DNA of 64,000 nucleotides from an uncultured Eubacteriales bacterium (GTDB taxonomy: Bacteria > Bacillota > Clostridia > Christensenellales > CAG-917). A program made the translations under genes and the position numbers. The notes under the pieces are model-generated. The model was not told the DNA's origin. It saw nothing but the letters and a program-made list of their open reading frames with translations, and did no database searches. The first letter of the stretch is position 1. Every line of letters begins with the position of its first letter. Positions 16,866-29,430 of this stretch are shown one piece after another. The DNA is taken from contig URIZ01000006.1 of NCBI GenBank assembly GCA_900548005.1, forward strand, positions 7,816 to 71,815. Reading direction: 5' to 3'.

Positions 16866-17774
16866 TTTATCCTGCTTTTTCCCTTCTTCCATAGGAATTT
16901 TCAGTGTGGTAACCGCGCTTGTAAGCACGTTCACTTCTCTTGCGCCGGCTTTGAGCAACACTTTTGCGCACTCGTTGGCGGTTGCGCCGGTCGTAAAAAT
17001 ATCGTCAATGAGAAGAAGTCTGCGGTTTTTCACTTGCTCGAACGCGCAAGAGAATGCGCCTTCGAGGTTGATTGCTCTTTCTTTGCCGTGCAATTCCTTT
17101 TGCGCCGACGTATCTTTTATCTTCACGAGTGCGGGCAGGACGGGGATATTGAGCCTTCCGCCCACTTCATAAGCGAGCAATGCCGATTGGTTGAATCCGC
17201 GCTTTTTCTCTTCCTTTTGCGTCATTGGCACAAACACGATTATGTCCGCTTGCATGCCGCTTTTCAAAAACTCGTCCGCCATAAGCGCGCCGAGCGTTTG
17301 GGCAATATACTTCTTTCGCCCGAATTTGAGCGCGTATATCATCTTCTTTGTTTCGCCTTCATAGGTGAGCGGAGAGCGGTTTTTCACAAACGCGAATTTC
17401 TCGTATTGACAACGATTGCAGTAGTCCGACTCGTCTTTGAGCGGCATGCCGCACGACAAGCACCTATGCTCGCCCACAAACGGCAGTTTTTCCACGCACT
17501 CGGAGCAAAGACGGTATCTCGTGTCCGCCACAAGCTCTTCTCCGCACACGTCGCAAGTGCAATTCATCGGATACAGTGCGTCCTTGAACGCCGCAAGACA
17601 CTTTTTCAAAAACTCACTCGCCTTTTTCTTGCGGGCAAGACGTTTTTGTTTGCGTATTCCCTTTTTGTCTTCCGATTGTTCGATTGTTGGGGCGCATTCT
17701 TTGTTGTCTTTGTCGTCAAACAAGCCTTTTTGCTCGTCATCTGGCGCAAAATTCTTGTCACCACTCATACGCAC
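16854..17774 (-). CDS. comFC: ComF-family protein (phosphoribosyltransferase domain, zinc-ribbon N-terminal part)
   Basis: 306-aa ORF with CDVCGEEL...CSECV...CLSCG..CNRC cysteine pairs and the PRTase motif RRLLLIDDIFTTGATANE. It has a ~70-aa K/D/E-rich N-terminal extension. Confidence 0.85.
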   Translation of the reverse strand: MRMSGDKNFAPDDEQKGLFDDKDNKECAPTIEQSEDKKGIRKQKRLARKKKASEFLKKCLAAFKDALYPMNCTCDVCGEELVADTRYRLCSECVEKLPFVGEHRCLSCGMPLKDESDYCNRCQYEKFAFVKNRSPLTYEGETKKMIYALKFGRKKYIAQTLGALMADEFLKSGMQADIIVFVPMTQKEEKKRGFNQSALLAYEVGGRLNIPVLPALVKIKDTSAQKELHGKERAINLEGAFSCAFEQVKNRRLLLIDDIFTTGATANECAKVLLKAGAREVNVLTSAVTTLKIPMEEGKKQDKINN

Positions 17775-19980
17775 CGCCTTCCCACTCTCGTTGGATAAGT
17801 TCGAGCAGCAACGAATATCTTCTTGCTGTTTCGTTGTTTTGGATCATGCGTTGCACGGTCTTTCTCGCGCCGCTTATCACCACGATTTTCTTTGCGCGCG
17901 TGACTGCGGTATAAAGCAAGTTTCTTGTCTGCAACATATAGTTGGCGTCAAGCGCAATAACCACCGCGTCAAACTCGCAGCCCTGCGATTTGTGTATTGT
18001 CACGGCATACGCAAGCGTGAGCTGATCTATGTCGCTATATTCATAAATCGACACTTTATCGTCATCAAAACGCACTGTAAACTGCATAATCTGCGTATTG
18101 ATGCTTTCCACAATGCCTATATCGCCGTTGAAAACGCCACTGCCGCGCTCGATACGAGTGCCGTTTGTGACCGTCCATTCTTGCTGATAATTGTTTTGCA
18201 GCTGCATCACTTTGTCGCCTTCGCGGAATATACAATCGCCGCGCTTGACTTCCTTTTTCAAGCGAGAAGGCGGATTGATGACCGCTTGCAACTCCCTGTT
18301 GAGATTGATTGTGCCTGCGCTGCCTCGTTTCATGGGGCAAAGCACCTGAATGTCACTCGGCTTCATGTTGAGATAGTTTGGCAATCTCTTTGTGACGAGC
18401 GCGATCGTGTTTTGACAGATCTCGTCGCTTGTGTTCTTCTCTTCAAAGAAGAAATCGTCGCTCTTGTTGTCCATGTCGGGCATTATGCCGTCATTGATTT
18501 TGTGCGCGTTGGGCACGATTTTGCTCTTTTCGCTCTGACGATAAATCTGCGTGAGATAGCTCACGTTGAATTTGCCGCACTTGATCAGGTCGTTCAGCAC
18601 GTTGCCAACGCCCACCGATGCAAGCTGGTCTTTGTCGCCCACAAGCACAAGGCGAGAGCCCCTTTCCATAGCGTTGATGAGCGCATTGAAGACGTATTCG
18701 TCCACCATGCTCACTTCGTCCACGATCACCACGTCAAAAGGCAATCTCGTGTTCTCGTTGTAGGTGAAATGTCCTTCGCCGTTCTTGTAGTCGAGATCGA
18801 GCATGCGGTGTATGGTCTTTGCGTCTTCACCCGTTGCTTGCGACAATCTCTTTGCCGCGCGTCCCGTGGGGGCGCAAAGCGCAACCTTTTGTCCGAGATT
18901 CTTGAAAAGGCGCAATATACACTTGACGATTGTCGTTTTTCCCGTGCCCGGACCGCCCGTGACGATTTGCACGCCGTTTTCGATGGCTTCCTTGACAGCC
19001 GCAACTTGATTTTGATGCAACTCAAAGCCTGCGTCTTTTTCAAATCTTGCCACTTCGCACGCAACGTCCACTCTGAAATCCGCCGCTTCTTGTTGCAGCT
19101 GCAACAGCTTGCGCGCGATATTCTTTTCGGTGTTGAAATTCTTCTTCAACAGTATCGCAACGTGCTCGCCCGTGTCGTATCTTATCAAATCTCCAAGCAA
19201 CACCATGTCTTGCAGATTGTCACGCACTCTTTGCTCTATATCTTCACAATCGATACTTAAAAGTGCGATTGCGCTGCTCACAAGTTCGTTTTCGGGCAAA
19301 TAGTTGTGCCCTGCTCTTGTCGCAGCGTCTTTGAGAAGATACGTGATTGCGGCGCATATACGATAGTCGCTGTTCTTTTCTATGCCAAGTTCGCCCGCAA
19401 TCCTGTCCGCCGTGGCAAAGCCGATGCCGTCCACGTCGTCAACCAGCATATACGGATTTTTGCGAACGTTGTCTTCTGTTTTTACGTCGTACACCTTGTA
19501 GATGCGAAGAGCCATATTTATGGTTATTCCGAGATTTTGCAAGAACATAATCGCGTCTTGCATCTTTTGGATTTTGACGTAGTTCATTCCAAACTCGGTG
19601 GCGCGTTTTAGGGATATTCCGCGCACTTTTGCAAGTTCCATGGGGTGTTTCATCGCTTCGAGCGAATCCACGCCGAACATATTGACAATCGCCTCTGCCG
19701 TCACAGGTCCTAAACCACTGATAAGACCGCTTGCAAGAAATTTCTTTATGCCGTCAAGTCTGTTGGGCTGTGACACCCACACTTTTTCGGCAAAGAATTG
19801 CTTGCCGTACATCGTACGCACCTGAAACTTGCCTTCCACCCTTATGTTTTGCCCTTCGCTGACGGGCGGAAAAATGCCGACAACGGTGAAAACGCTGTCC
19901 TCGCATCTCATATCGAGCACAGTATATCCCGTGTCTTGACTTGCAAATATGACGTCTTTTATCTCGCCTTGCAGTTGCAT
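17758..19980 (-). CDS. recD2: SF1B RecD2-type ATP-dependent DNA helicase
   Basis: Start moved to ATG 19978-19980 (MQLQGEIKDV...) with GGAG upstream. Walker A VTGGPGTGKTT is present, and the C-terminus AYAVTIHKSQGCEF is typical of RecD2. Confidence 0.88.
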   Translation of the reverse strand: MQLQGEIKDVIFASQDTGYTVLDMRCEDSVFTVVGIFPPVSEGQNIRVEGKFQVRTMYGKQFFAEKVWVSQPNRLDGIKKFLASGLISGLGPVTAEAIVNMFGVDSLEAMKHPMELAKVRGISLKRATEFGMNYVKIQKMQDAIMFLQNLGITINMALRIYKVYDVKTEDNVRKNPYMLVDDVDGIGFATADRIAGELGIEKNSDYRICAAITYLLKDAATRAGHNYLPENELVSSAIALLSIDCEDIEQRVRDNLQDMVLLGDLIRYDTGEHVAILLKKNFNTEKNIARKLLQLQQEAADFRVDVACEVARFEKDAGFELHQNQVAAVKEAIENGVQIVTGGPGTGKTTIVKCILRLFKNLGQKVALCAPTGRAAKRLSQATGEDAKTIHRMLDLDYKNGEGHFTYNENTRLPFDVVIVDEVSMVDEYVFNALINAMERGSRLVLVGDKDQLASVGVGNVLNDLIKCGKFNVSYLTQIYRQSEKSKIVPNAHKINDGIMPDMDNKSDDFFFEEKNTSDEICQNTIALVTKRLPNYLNMKPSDIQVLCPMKRGSAGTINLNRELQAVINPPSRLKKEVKRGDCIFREGDKVMQLQNNYQQEWTVTNGTRIERGSGVFNGDIGIVESINTQIMQFTVRFDDDKVSIYEYSDIDQLTLAYAVTIHKSQGCEFDAVVIALDANYMLQTRNLLYTAVTRAKKIVVISGARKTVQRMIQNNETARRYSLLLELIQREWEGGAYEW

Positions 19981-20049
19981 TATTTCTCCGTTTCGTCTCA
20001 AAAAGTTGCGAAAAACGGTAGGGCTATCCTACCGTTTTTCTCATTGGTG

Positions 20050-21231
20050 TCAAAATTGATATTTTTCGACAGCTTGTTTGACTTGGTCAACCTTGTCGGT
20101 TTCTTCCCACGCAAAGCCGTCTTTTCCGAAGTGGCCGTAGTTGGAAGTCTCGCGATAGATAGGTCTGTCGAGTCTAAGGTTCTTGATAATCGCCTTCGGG
20201 CGCAAATCGAACACTTCTCTGACCACTTTTGCAAGGTCTTCGTCGCTCACTATGCCCGTGCCGTACGTATTGACGTAAATCGAAACGGGATGAGCCATGC
20301 CGATTGCGTACGCAACCTGCAACTCCGCTCTCTTGCAAACGCCTGCCGCCACAAGGTTTTTGCAGATGTAGCGAGCCATATAGGACGCACTTCTGTCAAC
20401 TTTTGTGGGGTCTTTGCCGCTGAACGCGCCGCCGCCGTGCGCGCAGAAACCGCCGTAGGTGTCCACGATGATCTTTCTGCCCGTAACGCCGCTGTCGCCT
20501 GCAGGTCCGCCGATGACAAATCTGCCTGTCGGGTTGATATAAATCTTGGTGTCGTCGTCGATATACTCTTGCGGAATGGCGCGGTTTATGACCTTGTCGA
20601 TGATTTCCTCCTCGAGCGTGTCCATATCCACGTCTTCGGAGTGTTGACAGCTCACAACGATCGTATCCACTCTTTCGGGGACGTCGTCGATGTACTCAAC
20701 GGTGACTTGCGCCTTGCCGTCGGGACGGAGCCATTCGAGTTCGCCGCTCTTTCTGACTTCGGTGAGTTGTCTTGTGAGCGCGTGAGCAAGAGTTATGGGA
20801 AGGGGCATCAATGACTCTGTTTCGTCACACGCATAACCGAACATCATGCCTTGGTCGCCTGCGCCGATTTTGTCAAATTCTTCTTTGTCGTCGGTGTCGG
20901 TTGCGTTGTCAACGCCAAGAGCGATGTCGGGCGATTGCTCGTCAATGGAGCTGAGCACCGCGCACGTCTTGTAGTCGAAACCGAGCGAAGAATCGTTGTA
21001 ACCGATGTCCTTCACCACTTCGCGCACGACTTTGGGGATGTCGCAATAGTGCTTTGTGGACACTTCGCCCATGACCATAACCATACCCGTTGTCGCGCAC
21101 ACTTCAACGGCGACTCTCGCAGACGGATCGTCTGCGAAAATGTCGTCGAGTATTGCGTCTGCGATCTGGTCGCACACCTTGTCGGGATGTCCTTCCGTCA
21201 CGCTTTCAGATGTAAAAAGTTTTCTTTTCAT
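20050..21231 (-). CDS. metK: S-adenosylmethionine synthase
   Basis: 393-aa [33 protein letters not shown] and the [17 protein letters not shown] motif are present. Confidence 0.96.
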   Translation of the reverse strand: MKRKLFTSESVTEGHPDKVCDQIADAILDDIFADDPSARVAVEVCATTGMVMVMGEVSTKHYCDIPKVVREVVKDIGYNDSSLGFDYKTCAVLSSIDEQSPDIALGVDNATDTDDKEEFDKIGAGDQGMMFGYACDETESLMPLPITLAHALTRQLTEVRKSGELEWLRPDGKAQVTVEYIDDVPERVDTIVVSCQHSEDVDMDTLEEEIIDKVINRAIPQEYIDDDTKIYINPTGRFVIGGPAGDSGVTGRKIIVDTYGGFCAHGGGAFSGKDPTKVDRSASYMARYICKNLVAAGVCKRAELQVAYAIGMAHPVSIYVNTYGTGIVSDEDLAKVVREVFDLRPKAIIKNLRLDRPIYRETSNYGHFGKDGFAWEETDKVDQVKQAVEKYQF

Positions 21232-24200
21232 TAGATTTCTTCGATGTCCTCGTCTTCAAGGCGATGGGGTGCGATGATGTCACCGGGTTGCGTTTGATTT
21301 GCGGCAACGGTGGTGATGTTCTTGTAGCACTTCATGCCCGTACCTGCCGGGATGAGCTTGCCGATGATGACGTTCTCTTTCAAGCCGACAAGCGGATCGA
21401 TGCGGTTGTTGATGGCAGCTTCGGCAAGGACTTTTGCAGTCTCTTGGAAGGATGCTGCCGACAAGAATGATTCGGTTGCAAGAGCGGCTTTGGTGATACC
21501 CAGCAACGTACGTTTTGCAGTTGCGGGAACGCCGCCGTTTTCAAGCGCTTTCTCGTTTTCTTCTTCGTAGGAGAGCAAGTCCACCAAAGTGCCGGGGAGC
21601 ATATTGGTGTCGCCTTGGTTTTCGATACGAACCTTGCGGAGCATTTGTCTGACGATGACTTCGACGTGCTTGTCGTTGATCTCGACGCCCGCGGTGCGAT
21701 ATGCGGATTGAACTTCTTTTGCAATGTATTCCTGCACGCCCTTGACGCCTTTTGCGCGGAGCATGTCTTGAGGATTGATAGAACCTTTGGTGAGCGGATC
21801 GCCTGCGCCGATAGACTCGCCTTCTTGCACGAGAATGTTGGCATTGTACGGGATTGCGTACGCCTTGGTTTCTCCGTCGGGAGCGGTGACGGTGATTTCG
21901 CGGCGATCGTCGCTGATATGCACAAGACCGCTCGTTTCGGTGATGACCGCTTTACCTTTAGGATTGCGCGCTTCAAACAATTCTTCGACACGCGGGAGAC
22001 CTTGAGTGATGTCGTCGTCGGTTGCAACGCCGCCCGAGTGGAAGGTACGCATCGTAAGCTGCGTGCCCGGCTCGCCGATTGATTGCGCCGCGATGATACC
22101 CACCGCCTCGCCGATCTTGACGGGGTTACCGGACGCCATGTTCTTGCCGTAGCACTTCACGCACACGCCGTTCTTGGACTTGCAGGTGAGCACCGAGCGG
22201 ATGAGCACACCGGGTTGATGGTGCATATCCGCGCCCGTCTTCTCCCAGTAGGAAGTGAGCACTTTATCAATCTCTTTTGCCTTGTCGGCGGAGATGAGAG
22301 TGTCGCCTTCGCAGATGATTTCGCCCGTTGCGGGATCGACGACGTCGCCGATGGTGTATCTGCCTGCGATACGGTCTGCAAGAGCTTCGATGACGCTCTT
22401 TTCATCTCTGATTGCCGTGATGAACGTGCCCTTGGTGTCGCCGCAGTCTTGTTCTCTGACGACAACGGAGTGCGAAACGTCGACAAGACGTCTTGTAAGA
22501 TAACCGGAGTCAGCCGTCTTGAGAGCGGTGTCCGCGAGACCTTTTCTGCCGCCGTGCGATGAAATGAAGTATTCCAAGACGGACAAACCTTCACGGAAGG
22601 AAGAACGGACAGGCAACTCGATGGTGCGACCGGACGGGTCAGCCATCAAGCCACGCATACCTGCGAGCTGACGAATTTGTCCCATGCTACCACGAGCGCC
22701 GGAGTTTGCCATCATCCAAATCGGGTTGAAGTCGTCAAGACCTTTCTTGAGTTCGCCTTCCACCTTGTCGGCTGCGTCTTTCCAAATCTTGATGATTTCT
22801 TTGTAACGGCCTTCGTCCGAGAGCACGCCGCGAGCGTGAAGTCTTTCGATCTTGACCACTTCTTTCTCGGCTTCGTGAACGATGAGTTTCTTGTCGCCGG
22901 GGATGTGCATATCGAAGACGGATGCCGTAATTGCACCGATTGTGGAATATTTGTAGCCGAGTGCTTTGATTCTGTCAAGCATTTCGGCAGTTTCGGTTGC
23001 GCCGTGATACTTAAAGCAATTGTCAACGATCATGCTCAGTTGCTTTTTGCCGATAGCCATTGCCTTCTTGCCGAGCACCTTTTGGATGCTTTCGCGAAGA
23101 GCGGTGATTTCACGCAAGTTCTCTTTCTTCTTGGAAAGGTCGAGATCGCCTGCGTCCTTGACGGCTTTTGCGATTTGCTCGATTTGCTCTTGAGTGAGCG
23201 CGCCTTTCTTTAATATTGAACGCGCGCGCACGCACGTATCGGCATTGACGTCGTTTGCTCTGAACAAATCAACGATTGCGTGGAATTGATTTTCGTCAAT
23301 CGCCGCGTTGATGCCGAGAATACCTTCGACTTCGAGTTGACCTGCGTTGGCAGCGTCATCTCTATCGACAAAGTGCAAGTCTTGCGGCAAGTTGTTGTTG
23401 AAGATAAAGCGACCGACCGTGGTGTGCAAGATCTTGTTGCTTGTCGTGCCGTCTTCGTTTTGGACGGGGACACGGATGTAGCAGAGCGATTGGAGCGTAA
23501 GGTCTTTGTCCTGATACGCCATCATCGCCTCGTCGAAGGAGCTGTAATAGTTGCCTTCGCCCTTTGCACCCGGCTTGACGATTGTCAAGTAGTATGAACC
23601 GATGACCATGTCCTGCGTCGGTGAAACGATAGGCTTGCCGTCGGAGAGTTTGAGAATGTTGTTGGTGCAGAGCATCAAGATTCTTGCCTCTGCTTGCGCC
23701 TCGATGGAGAGCGGAACGTGAACAGCCATTTGGTCGCCGTCGAAGTCCGCGTTGAACGCGCCGCAGGCGAGCGGGTGAAGTTTGATTGCTCTACCCTCGA
23801 CAAGCACCGGCTCGAATGCTTGGATACCGAGTCTGTGAAGCGTCGGAGCACGGTTGAGAAGGACGGGGTGATCTTTGATGATCTCTTCAAGGATGTCCCA
23901 CACTTGATTCTTGCCCGTATCGACAAATCTCTTTGCGCTCTTGATGTTGTGGCAAAGGTTGCGCTCGACAAGCTTGTTCATGATGAACGGCTTGAAGAGT
24001 TCAAGTGCCATTTCCTTTGGCAAACCGCATTGATAGAGTTTGAGCTCAGGTCCGACGACGATAACCGAACGACCGGAGTAGTCAACACGCTTGCCGAGCA
24101 AGTTTTGACGGAAACGTCCTTGCTTGCCGCGGAGCATACCCGAGAGTGATTTGAGATCTCTATTGCCGGGACCTGCCACCGCTTTGCCGCGACGGCCGTT

Positions 24201-25097
24201 GTCGATGAGAGCGTCAACTGCTTCTTGAAGCATACGCTTTTCGTTGCGCACGATGATGTCGGGCGCGCCGAGCTCTTTGAGCTTTTTCAAACGGTTGTTG
24301 CGGTTGATGACTCTGCGATAAAGGTCGTTCAAGTCACTTGTCGCAAATCTGCCGCCGTCGAGTTGGATCATCGGACGAAGTTCGGGCGGGAGAACGGGAA
24401 GAACGTCAAGCACCATCCATTCGGGTTTGTTGCCCGATTGACGGAACGCTTCCACGATTTCAAGGCGTTTGACCGCTTTGATACGCTTTTGTCCCACCGA
24501 GTTGTTGATGATGTTTTTGAGCTGTTCGCTCTCTTGCTCGAGATCCACTTCCATAAGGAGTTCCTTCACAGCTTCCGCGCCCATGCCGAGTTTGAAGTCG
24601 GACGGGGAATATTTTTCGAGAAGATCTCTGTATTCCTTGTCGGAAATGACTTGTTTTTTGTGCAGTTCGGTCGCCTTGCCGGGATCGAGAACTATGAAGG
24701 AGACGAAATACACGACTTGTTCGAGTTCCTTGGGGGAAACGTCGAGAAGAATTGCGATTCTGGACGGCACGCCGCGCAAGTACCAAATATGAGTGACGGG
24801 GCAAGCGAGTTCGATATGTCCCATTCTTTCACGACGCACTTTGGACTTGGTCACTTCAACGCCGCACTTTTCGCAGATGACGCCTTTGTAGCGGATGCGT
24901 TTGTAGCGTCCGCAATGGCATTCCCAGTCACGCGTAGGTCCGAAGATCTTCTCACAGAAAAGACCGTCCTTTTCGGGCTTTTGCGTACGGTAGTTTATGG
25001 TTTCGGGTTTTGTCACCTCACCGTAAGACCATTCTCTGATCTTATCGGGAGAGGCGATTCCGATTTGAATTGCATCAAAATTGCTAAGTTCGTACAT
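21231..25097 (-). CDS. rpoC: DNA-directed RNA polymerase subunit beta'
   Basis: 1288-aa ORF with the N-terminal zinc-binding [23 protein letters not shown] and the catalytic NADFDGD. Confidence 0.98.
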   Translation of the reverse strand: MYELSNFDAIQIGIASPDKIREWSYGEVTKPETINYRTQKPEKDGLFCEKIFGPTRDWECHCGRYKRIRYKGVICEKCGVEVTKSKVRRERMGHIELACPVTHIWYLRGVPSRIAILLDVSPKELEQVVYFVSFIVLDPGKATELHKKQVISDKEYRDLLEKYSPSDFKLGMGAEAVKELLMEVDLEQESEQLKNIINNSVGQKRIKAVKRLEIVEAFRQSGNKPEWMVLDVLPVLPPELRPMIQLDGGRFATSDLNDLYRRVINRNNRLKKLKELGAPDIIVRNEKRMLQEAVDALIDNGRRGKAVAGPGNRDLKSLSGMLRGKQGRFRQNLLGKRVDYSGRSVIVVGPELKLYQCGLPKEMALELFKPFIMNKLVERNLCHNIKSAKRFVDTGKNQVWDILEEIIKDHPVLLNRAPTLHRLGIQAFEPVLVEGRAIKLHPLACGAFNADFDGDQMAVHVPLSIEAQAEARILMLCTNNILKLSDGKPIVSPTQDMVIGSYYLTIVKPGAKGEGNYYSSFDEAMMAYQDKDLTLQSLCYIRVPVQNEDGTTSNKILHTTVGRFIFNNNLPQDLHFVDRDDAANAGQLEVEGILGINAAIDENQFHAIVDLFRANDVNADTCVRARSILKKGALTQEQIEQIAKAVKDAGDLDLSKKKENLREITALRESIQKVLGKKAMAIGKKQLSMIVDNCFKYHGATETAEMLDRIKALGYKYSTIGAITASVFDMHIPGDKKLIVHEAEKEVVKIERLHARGVLSDEGRYKEIIKIWKDAADKVEGELKKGLDDFNPIWMMANSGARGSMGQIRQLAGMRGLMADPSGRTIELPVRSSFREGLSVLEYFISSHGGRKGLADTALKTADSGYLTRRLVDVSHSVVVREQDCGDTKGTFITAIRDEKSVIEALADRIAGRYTIGDVVDPATGEIICEGDTLISADKAKEIDKVLTSYWEKTGADMHHQPGVLIRSVLTCKSKNGVCVKCYGKNMASGNPVKIGEAVGIIAAQSIGEPGTQLTMRTFHSGGVATDDDITQGLPRVEELFEARNPKGKAVITETSGLVHISDDRREITVTAPDGETKAYAIPYNANILVQEGESIGAGDPLTKGSINPQDMLRAKGVKGVQEYIAKEVQSAYRTAGVEINDKHVEVIVRQMLRKVRIENQGDTNMLPGTLVDLLSYEEENEKALENGGVPATAKRTLLGITKAALATESFLSAASFQETAKVLAEAAINNRIDPLVGLKENVIIGKLIPAGTGMKCYKNITTVAANQTQPGDIIAPHRLEDEDIEEI

Positions 25098-25111
25098 ATT
25101 GTCATCTCCTA

Positions 25112-28100
25112 TTACTCTTCATCGGAGCCTGTGCCGAAGAGATCGCTGAGATCGGGAGTTCCTTCGGTGAGTGCGCTGAATATGCTTTCGTCATCGTCGT
25201 CGGTGTCGAACATACTCGTGTCTATGCCGCTCTTTTCGTCTGCGCCGAAGTTGTCAAAGATGTTGTTCTCGCCGCCGAGAATGTCGATTTCTTTGAGTTC
25301 TTCATGCTTTCTCGTTGCCGGCTCGAAGTCGGTGTCGTCGTCATAGTCGCGGAGTTTGACTTCATCTCTGTCTTCGGTGAGCACCTTGACGTCAAGTCCG
25401 AGAGATTGCAATTCTTTGACAAGCACCTTGAAGGATTCGGGGATACCCGGCTCTGAGATGTTGGTGCCTTTGACGATTGACTCGTAGGTCTTGACACGTC
25501 CCACCACGTCGTCCGACTTGACGGTGAGAATCTCTTGCAACACATTTGCCGCGCCGTACGCTTCCAAAGCCCAGACTTCCATTTCACCGAAACGTTGTCC
25601 GCCGAATTGCGCCTTGCCGCCGAGCGGTTGTTGCGTAACCAAGCTGTACGGGCCGGTGCTTCTTGCGTGGATCTTGTCATCGACAAGGTGATGGAGCTTG
25701 AGGTAGTACATAAAGCCGACCGTCGTTCTGTTTTCAAACGGTTCGCCCGTTCTGCCGTCGTAAAGTTGGATCTTGCCGTCCACTTCGCCGTCTTCGTTGA
25801 CGATGCCGCATTGTTGGAACAACGCTTTGATGTCTTGCTCGTTCGCGCCGTCAAAGACGGGGGTTGCGACCTTCCAATCAAGCATGTTTGCGATAAGTCC
25901 GAGGTGAACTTCAAGAACTTGTCCGATGTTCATACGGCTAGGAACGCCGAGCGGGTTGAGCACGATTTGAAGCGGAGTGCCGTCTGCCATGAAAGGCATA
26001 TCTTCCTTGGGGAGAACTCTTGACACGACGCCCTTGTTGCCGTGACGTCCCGCCATCTTGTCGCCGACGGAGATTTTTCTCTTTTGAGCGATGTAAACGC
26101 GCACGAGTTTGTTGACGCCGGGAGCAAGCTCGTCTTTGTTCTTTCTCGTGAAGATCTTCACGTCAACGACGATACCGCTCTCACCGTTTGGAACACGCAA
26201 GGACGTGTCACGCACTTCTCTTGCCTTCTCGCCGAAGATTGCGCGCAGCAATCTCTCTTCCGGAGTAAGCTCGGTCTCGCCCTTCGGTGTGACCTTGCCG
26301 ACGAGAATATCGCCCGCTTTGACTTCCGCACCCACTCTCACGATACCTTCTTCGTCAAGGTTTTTGAGAACGTCGTCCGAAAGGTTGGGGATATCTCTTG
26401 TGATTTGCTCGTCACCGAGTTTGGTGTCGCGACATTCGATTTCGTATTCTTCGATGTGGATGGAAGTGTACAAGTCGTCGCGCACGAGTTCTTCACTGAT
26501 AAGAACGGCGTCTTCGTAGTTGTAACCTTCCCACGACATGAAGCCGATGAGCATGTTTCTGCCAAGCGCAAGCTCGCCGTGATCGGTTGCGGGACCGTCC
26601 GCAAGAACGGTGCCTTCCTTGACGAGATCGCCCTTTTCGTTGTACTTAGGAGCGTACACTCTGTCACCCTTGCTGACAATCGGATGTTGATTGATGCAAG
26701 TGGATTGGTTTGAACGCTCGAATTTGCTGAGAATATAAGTATCTTGCGTGCCGTCGTTGCATTCCACGACAATCTTGTCGCTGTCAACGTACTTCACGAA
26801 GCCGTCATGCTTTGCGATCTTGAGAACGCCCGAGTCGTATGCAATCTTATGTTCGACGCCCGTTGCAATCATCGGAGCTTGCGGTTTAAGGAGCGGAACC
26901 GCCTGACGTTGCATGTTGGAGCCCATAAGAGCACGGTTGGTATCGTCGTTTTCAAGGAACGGAATAAGCGCGGTTGCGATTGAAATCAACTGCTTGGGGT
27001 TGACGTCCATGTAGTCCGCCTTCTCTCTGGGGACTTCACGGATGTCATTTTGGATACGGCAGTTGACACGAGAATTTGCAAACTTGCTTTCTTCATCGAG
27101 CGGCTCGTTGGCTTGCGCGATGACGTATTTGTCTTCTTCGTCCGCCGCCATATACACCACTTCGTCCGTCACGACGCCCGTCTGTTTGTCCACCTTGCGA
27201 TAAGGAGTCTCGATAAAGCCGTACTCGTTGACCTTTGCGTAAGAAGACAAGGACGTGATAAGACCGATGTTTTGTCCTTCAGGCGTTTCGATCGGGCACA
27301 TACGACCGTAGTGTGAGTGGTGAACGTCACGCACTTCGAAGCTCGCGCGCTCTCTGTTAAGGCCGCCGGGGCCGAGAGCGGAAAGTTTACGCTTGTGCGT
27401 AAGCTCTGCAATCGGGTTGGGCTGATCCATAAATTGCGACAACTGCGAAGATCCGAAGAACTCTTTGATCGCACTAGTCACGGGACGGATGTTGATGAGA
27501 GTTTGCGGAGTGATTTCTGCGTTCTCCTGCGCAGAAGCCATTCTCTCTTTAATGACTCTCTCAAGACGAGAGATACCGATACGGAATTGGTTTTGGAGCA
27601 ACTCGCCCACAGCACGCACGCGGCGGTTGGACAAGTGGTCGATGTCGTCGCAAGTGCCGAAACCGTAGCGCAATCCGAGGTTGTAGTCTTCTATGGACAC
27701 GATATCGTCAAGCGTGATGTGCTTGTAGACAAGCTCGTCCACGGACGCTTTGATGGCAAGAAGAAGTTGATCTTTGTCATCGCCGAATTCGTCCATCAAC
27801 GCTTTGAGGTTGGGGTAGTAAACTCTTTCGAGAATTCCGAGGTCCTTGGGATTGCAATCGACAAAAGCGTCAAGATCGACGGTGTTGTTGCCGATGACTT
27901 TGAACTTCTTGTCCTTGCCGTCCTTGTCGGTGTAGGCAAGCCACACGACGTTGACTGCGTTGTTTTGGATCTCAAAGCCTTTCTTCTCGTCAACAACTTC
28001 ACCCTTTTGAGCGAGAATCTCGCCGGTGACGGGGCTGATGACGTCTTCTGCAAGTTTGTAGCCCGCAATACGAGTGCCCAGAGCAAGTTTCTTGTTGTAC

Positions 28101-28930
28101 TTGTAGCGGCCCACTCTTGCAAGGTCATATCTCTTGTAGTCGTAGAAAGTGTTGTGGATAAGAATGTTCGCGCCTTCGACGGTGGGAACTTCGCCCGGAC
28201 GCAAACGACGGAACAAATCGATTTTGCCTTGTTCTTCGTTCTTGCATTGAGCGTCTTTTTGGCAGGTGTTGACGATCATCTCGTCGCCGCCGAACAAATC
28301 TATGATCTCTTCATCCGTGCCGTAGCCGAGCGCGCGAAGAAGAGTGGTTGCGGTGATCTTTCTCGTTCTGTCAACGTGCACCCATTGCACGTCGTTGGAG
28401 TCTTGCTCGTATTCAAGCCATGCGCCTCTGTTGGGGATGACGGTCGTTGCATAGCGAGGCACGCCGTTCTTGTCGAGAATCTTGTCGTTGTAAACGCCCG
28501 GGCTTCTGACAAGCTGAGAGACGATAACGCGTTCTGCACCGTTGATGACAAAGGAGCCTGCGTCGGTCATGAGCGGGAAATCACCCATAAACACTTCTTG
28601 CTCCACCACTTCACCGGTTTCGGTGTTGGTCAGACGCGCTTTGACTTTGAGCGGAATAGCATACGTTGTGTCGCGGTCTTTGCACTCTTTGACGGTGTAT
28701 TTGGGTTCGCCGTCAAATCTGTGTGACAAAAACTCGAGTTTCAATCTGCCGGAGAAGTCAATGATCGGAGAATAATCTTTGAAAACTTCCGTGATGCCGG
28801 CATCAATGAAATTTGCGTAGGAATTCTTTTGCACCTCAATGAGATACGGAATCGGCAAGACGTCTTTAATTTTTGAAAAGTCACGTCTTTCGGTTGTTCC
28901 GTACATTTGATTGTGAATTCTTTGGGACAT
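25112..28930 (-). CDS. rpoB: DNA-directed RNA polymerase subunit beta
   Basis: 1272-aa ORF with typical RpoB blocks ([29 protein letters not shown]). It has an acidic ~90-aa C-terminal tail. Confidence 0.98.
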   Translation of the reverse strand: MSQRIHNQMYGTTERRDFSKIKDVLPIPYLIEVQKNSYANFIDAGITEVFKDYSPIIDFSGRLKLEFLSHRFDGEPKYTVKECKDRDTTYAIPLKVKARLTNTETGEVVEQEVFMGDFPLMTDAGSFVINGAERVIVSQLVRSPGVYNDKILDKNGVPRYATTVIPNRGAWLEYEQDSNDVQWVHVDRTRKITATTLLRALGYGTDEEIIDLFGGDEMIVNTCQKDAQCKNEEQGKIDLFRRLRPGEVPTVEGANILIHNTFYDYKRYDLARVGRYKYNKKLALGTRIAGYKLAEDVISPVTGEILAQKGEVVDEKKGFEIQNNAVNVVWLAYTDKDGKDKKFKVIGNNTVDLDAFVDCNPKDLGILERVYYPNLKALMDEFGDDKDQLLLAIKASVDELVYKHITLDDIVSIEDYNLGLRYGFGTCDDIDHLSNRRVRAVGELLQNQFRIGISRLERVIKERMASAQENAEITPQTLINIRPVTSAIKEFFGSSQLSQFMDQPNPIAELTHKRKLSALGPGGLNRERASFEVRDVHHSHYGRMCPIETPEGQNIGLITSLSSYAKVNEYGFIETPYRKVDKQTGVVTDEVVYMAADEEDKYVIAQANEPLDEESKFANSRVNCRIQNDIREVPREKADYMDVNPKQLISIATALIPFLENDDTNRALMGSNMQRQAVPLLKPQAPMIATGVEHKIAYDSGVLKIAKHDGFVKYVDSDKIVVECNDGTQDTYILSKFERSNQSTCINQHPIVSKGDRVYAPKYNEKGDLVKEGTVLADGPATDHGELALGRNMLIGFMSWEGYNYEDAVLISEELVRDDLYTSIHIEEYEIECRDTKLGDEQITRDIPNLSDDVLKNLDEEGIVRVGAEVKAGDILVGKVTPKGETELTPEERLLRAIFGEKAREVRDTSLRVPNGESGIVVDVKIFTRKNKDELAPGVNKLVRVYIAQKRKISVGDKMAGRHGNKGVVSRVLPKEDMPFMADGTPLQIVLNPLGVPSRMNIGQVLEVHLGLIANMLDWKVATPVFDGANEQDIKALFQQCGIVNEDGEVDGKIQLYDGRTGEPFENRTTVGFMYYLKLHHLVDDKIHARSTGPYSLVTQQPLGGKAQFGGQRFGEMEVWALEAYGAANVLQEILTVKSDDVVGRVKTYESIVKGTNISEPGIPESFKVLVKELQSLGLDVKVLTEDRDEVKLRDYDDDTDFEPATRKHEELKEIDILGGENNIFDNFGADEKSGIDTSMFDTDDDDESIFSALTEGTPDLSDLFGTGSDEE

Positions 28931-29396
28931 ATATTCACTCCTTAAAAAAATTGCCTTGGATTGCGATTTGCAAAAAAACTTTTCGGTTTCTGAAAAAAAT
29001 TTTTTCGACCGCCAAAAAATTTTTTCATAAATCTACGCTTTCGTGCGGTTTTGCCATAAAAACATAAGTCTTTATAACCCCCTACCCCCAAAAACGCTCT
29101 GTTTTAGGGGTAGAAATTTGCATTATTGCGCAGTTTTCTATTGTATAGGAAAAAATCAAGACTGTCAAGCGTCGCGCGCATAAATTTTTTATTATTTTTT
29201 AATTTATTTTATATATTTATCGCACGCGAGCACGTTGCGCGTTTCATTAAAGACAGCGGCGAGAAAAATGGTGGTTGGTGAAAATTGTATTATGGGAATA
29301 ATAGTATGGGAATATTGCTTGGAAATGGTTGTTGGTAAATTTGAGGTTGTTGAGAAGACAAATCTCGGGTTTTTATAAAAAATGAGTGCGCTCTAT

Positions 29397-29425
29397 TGAA
29401 AAATCACGGGCGGCATAGTATAATT
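29397..29425 (+). promoter_or_regulatory. Consensus sigma-70 promoter abutting the S4-domain gene start
   Basis: TTGAAA (29397-29402), 17-nt spacer, TATAAT (29420-29425). The ATG at 29431 lies only 5 nt beyond the -10 hexamer. Confidence 0.55.
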
Positions 29426-29430
29426 TTGGT

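Noticed and set aside
27317-28726. Long ORFs antisense to well-supported genes: this 469-aa ORF opposite rpoB, plus 17437-19260, 19798-20814, 24225-25346, 11295-12320, 15588-16463, 55026-56312, 58992-60263 and many shorter ones in the track.
   Set aside because: Each lies entirely inside a gene with unmistakable family motifs on the other strand. Their translations are low-complexity (rich in R, H, C, V, F) with no motif and no SD. They are typical shadow ORFs produced by codon-biased sequence.
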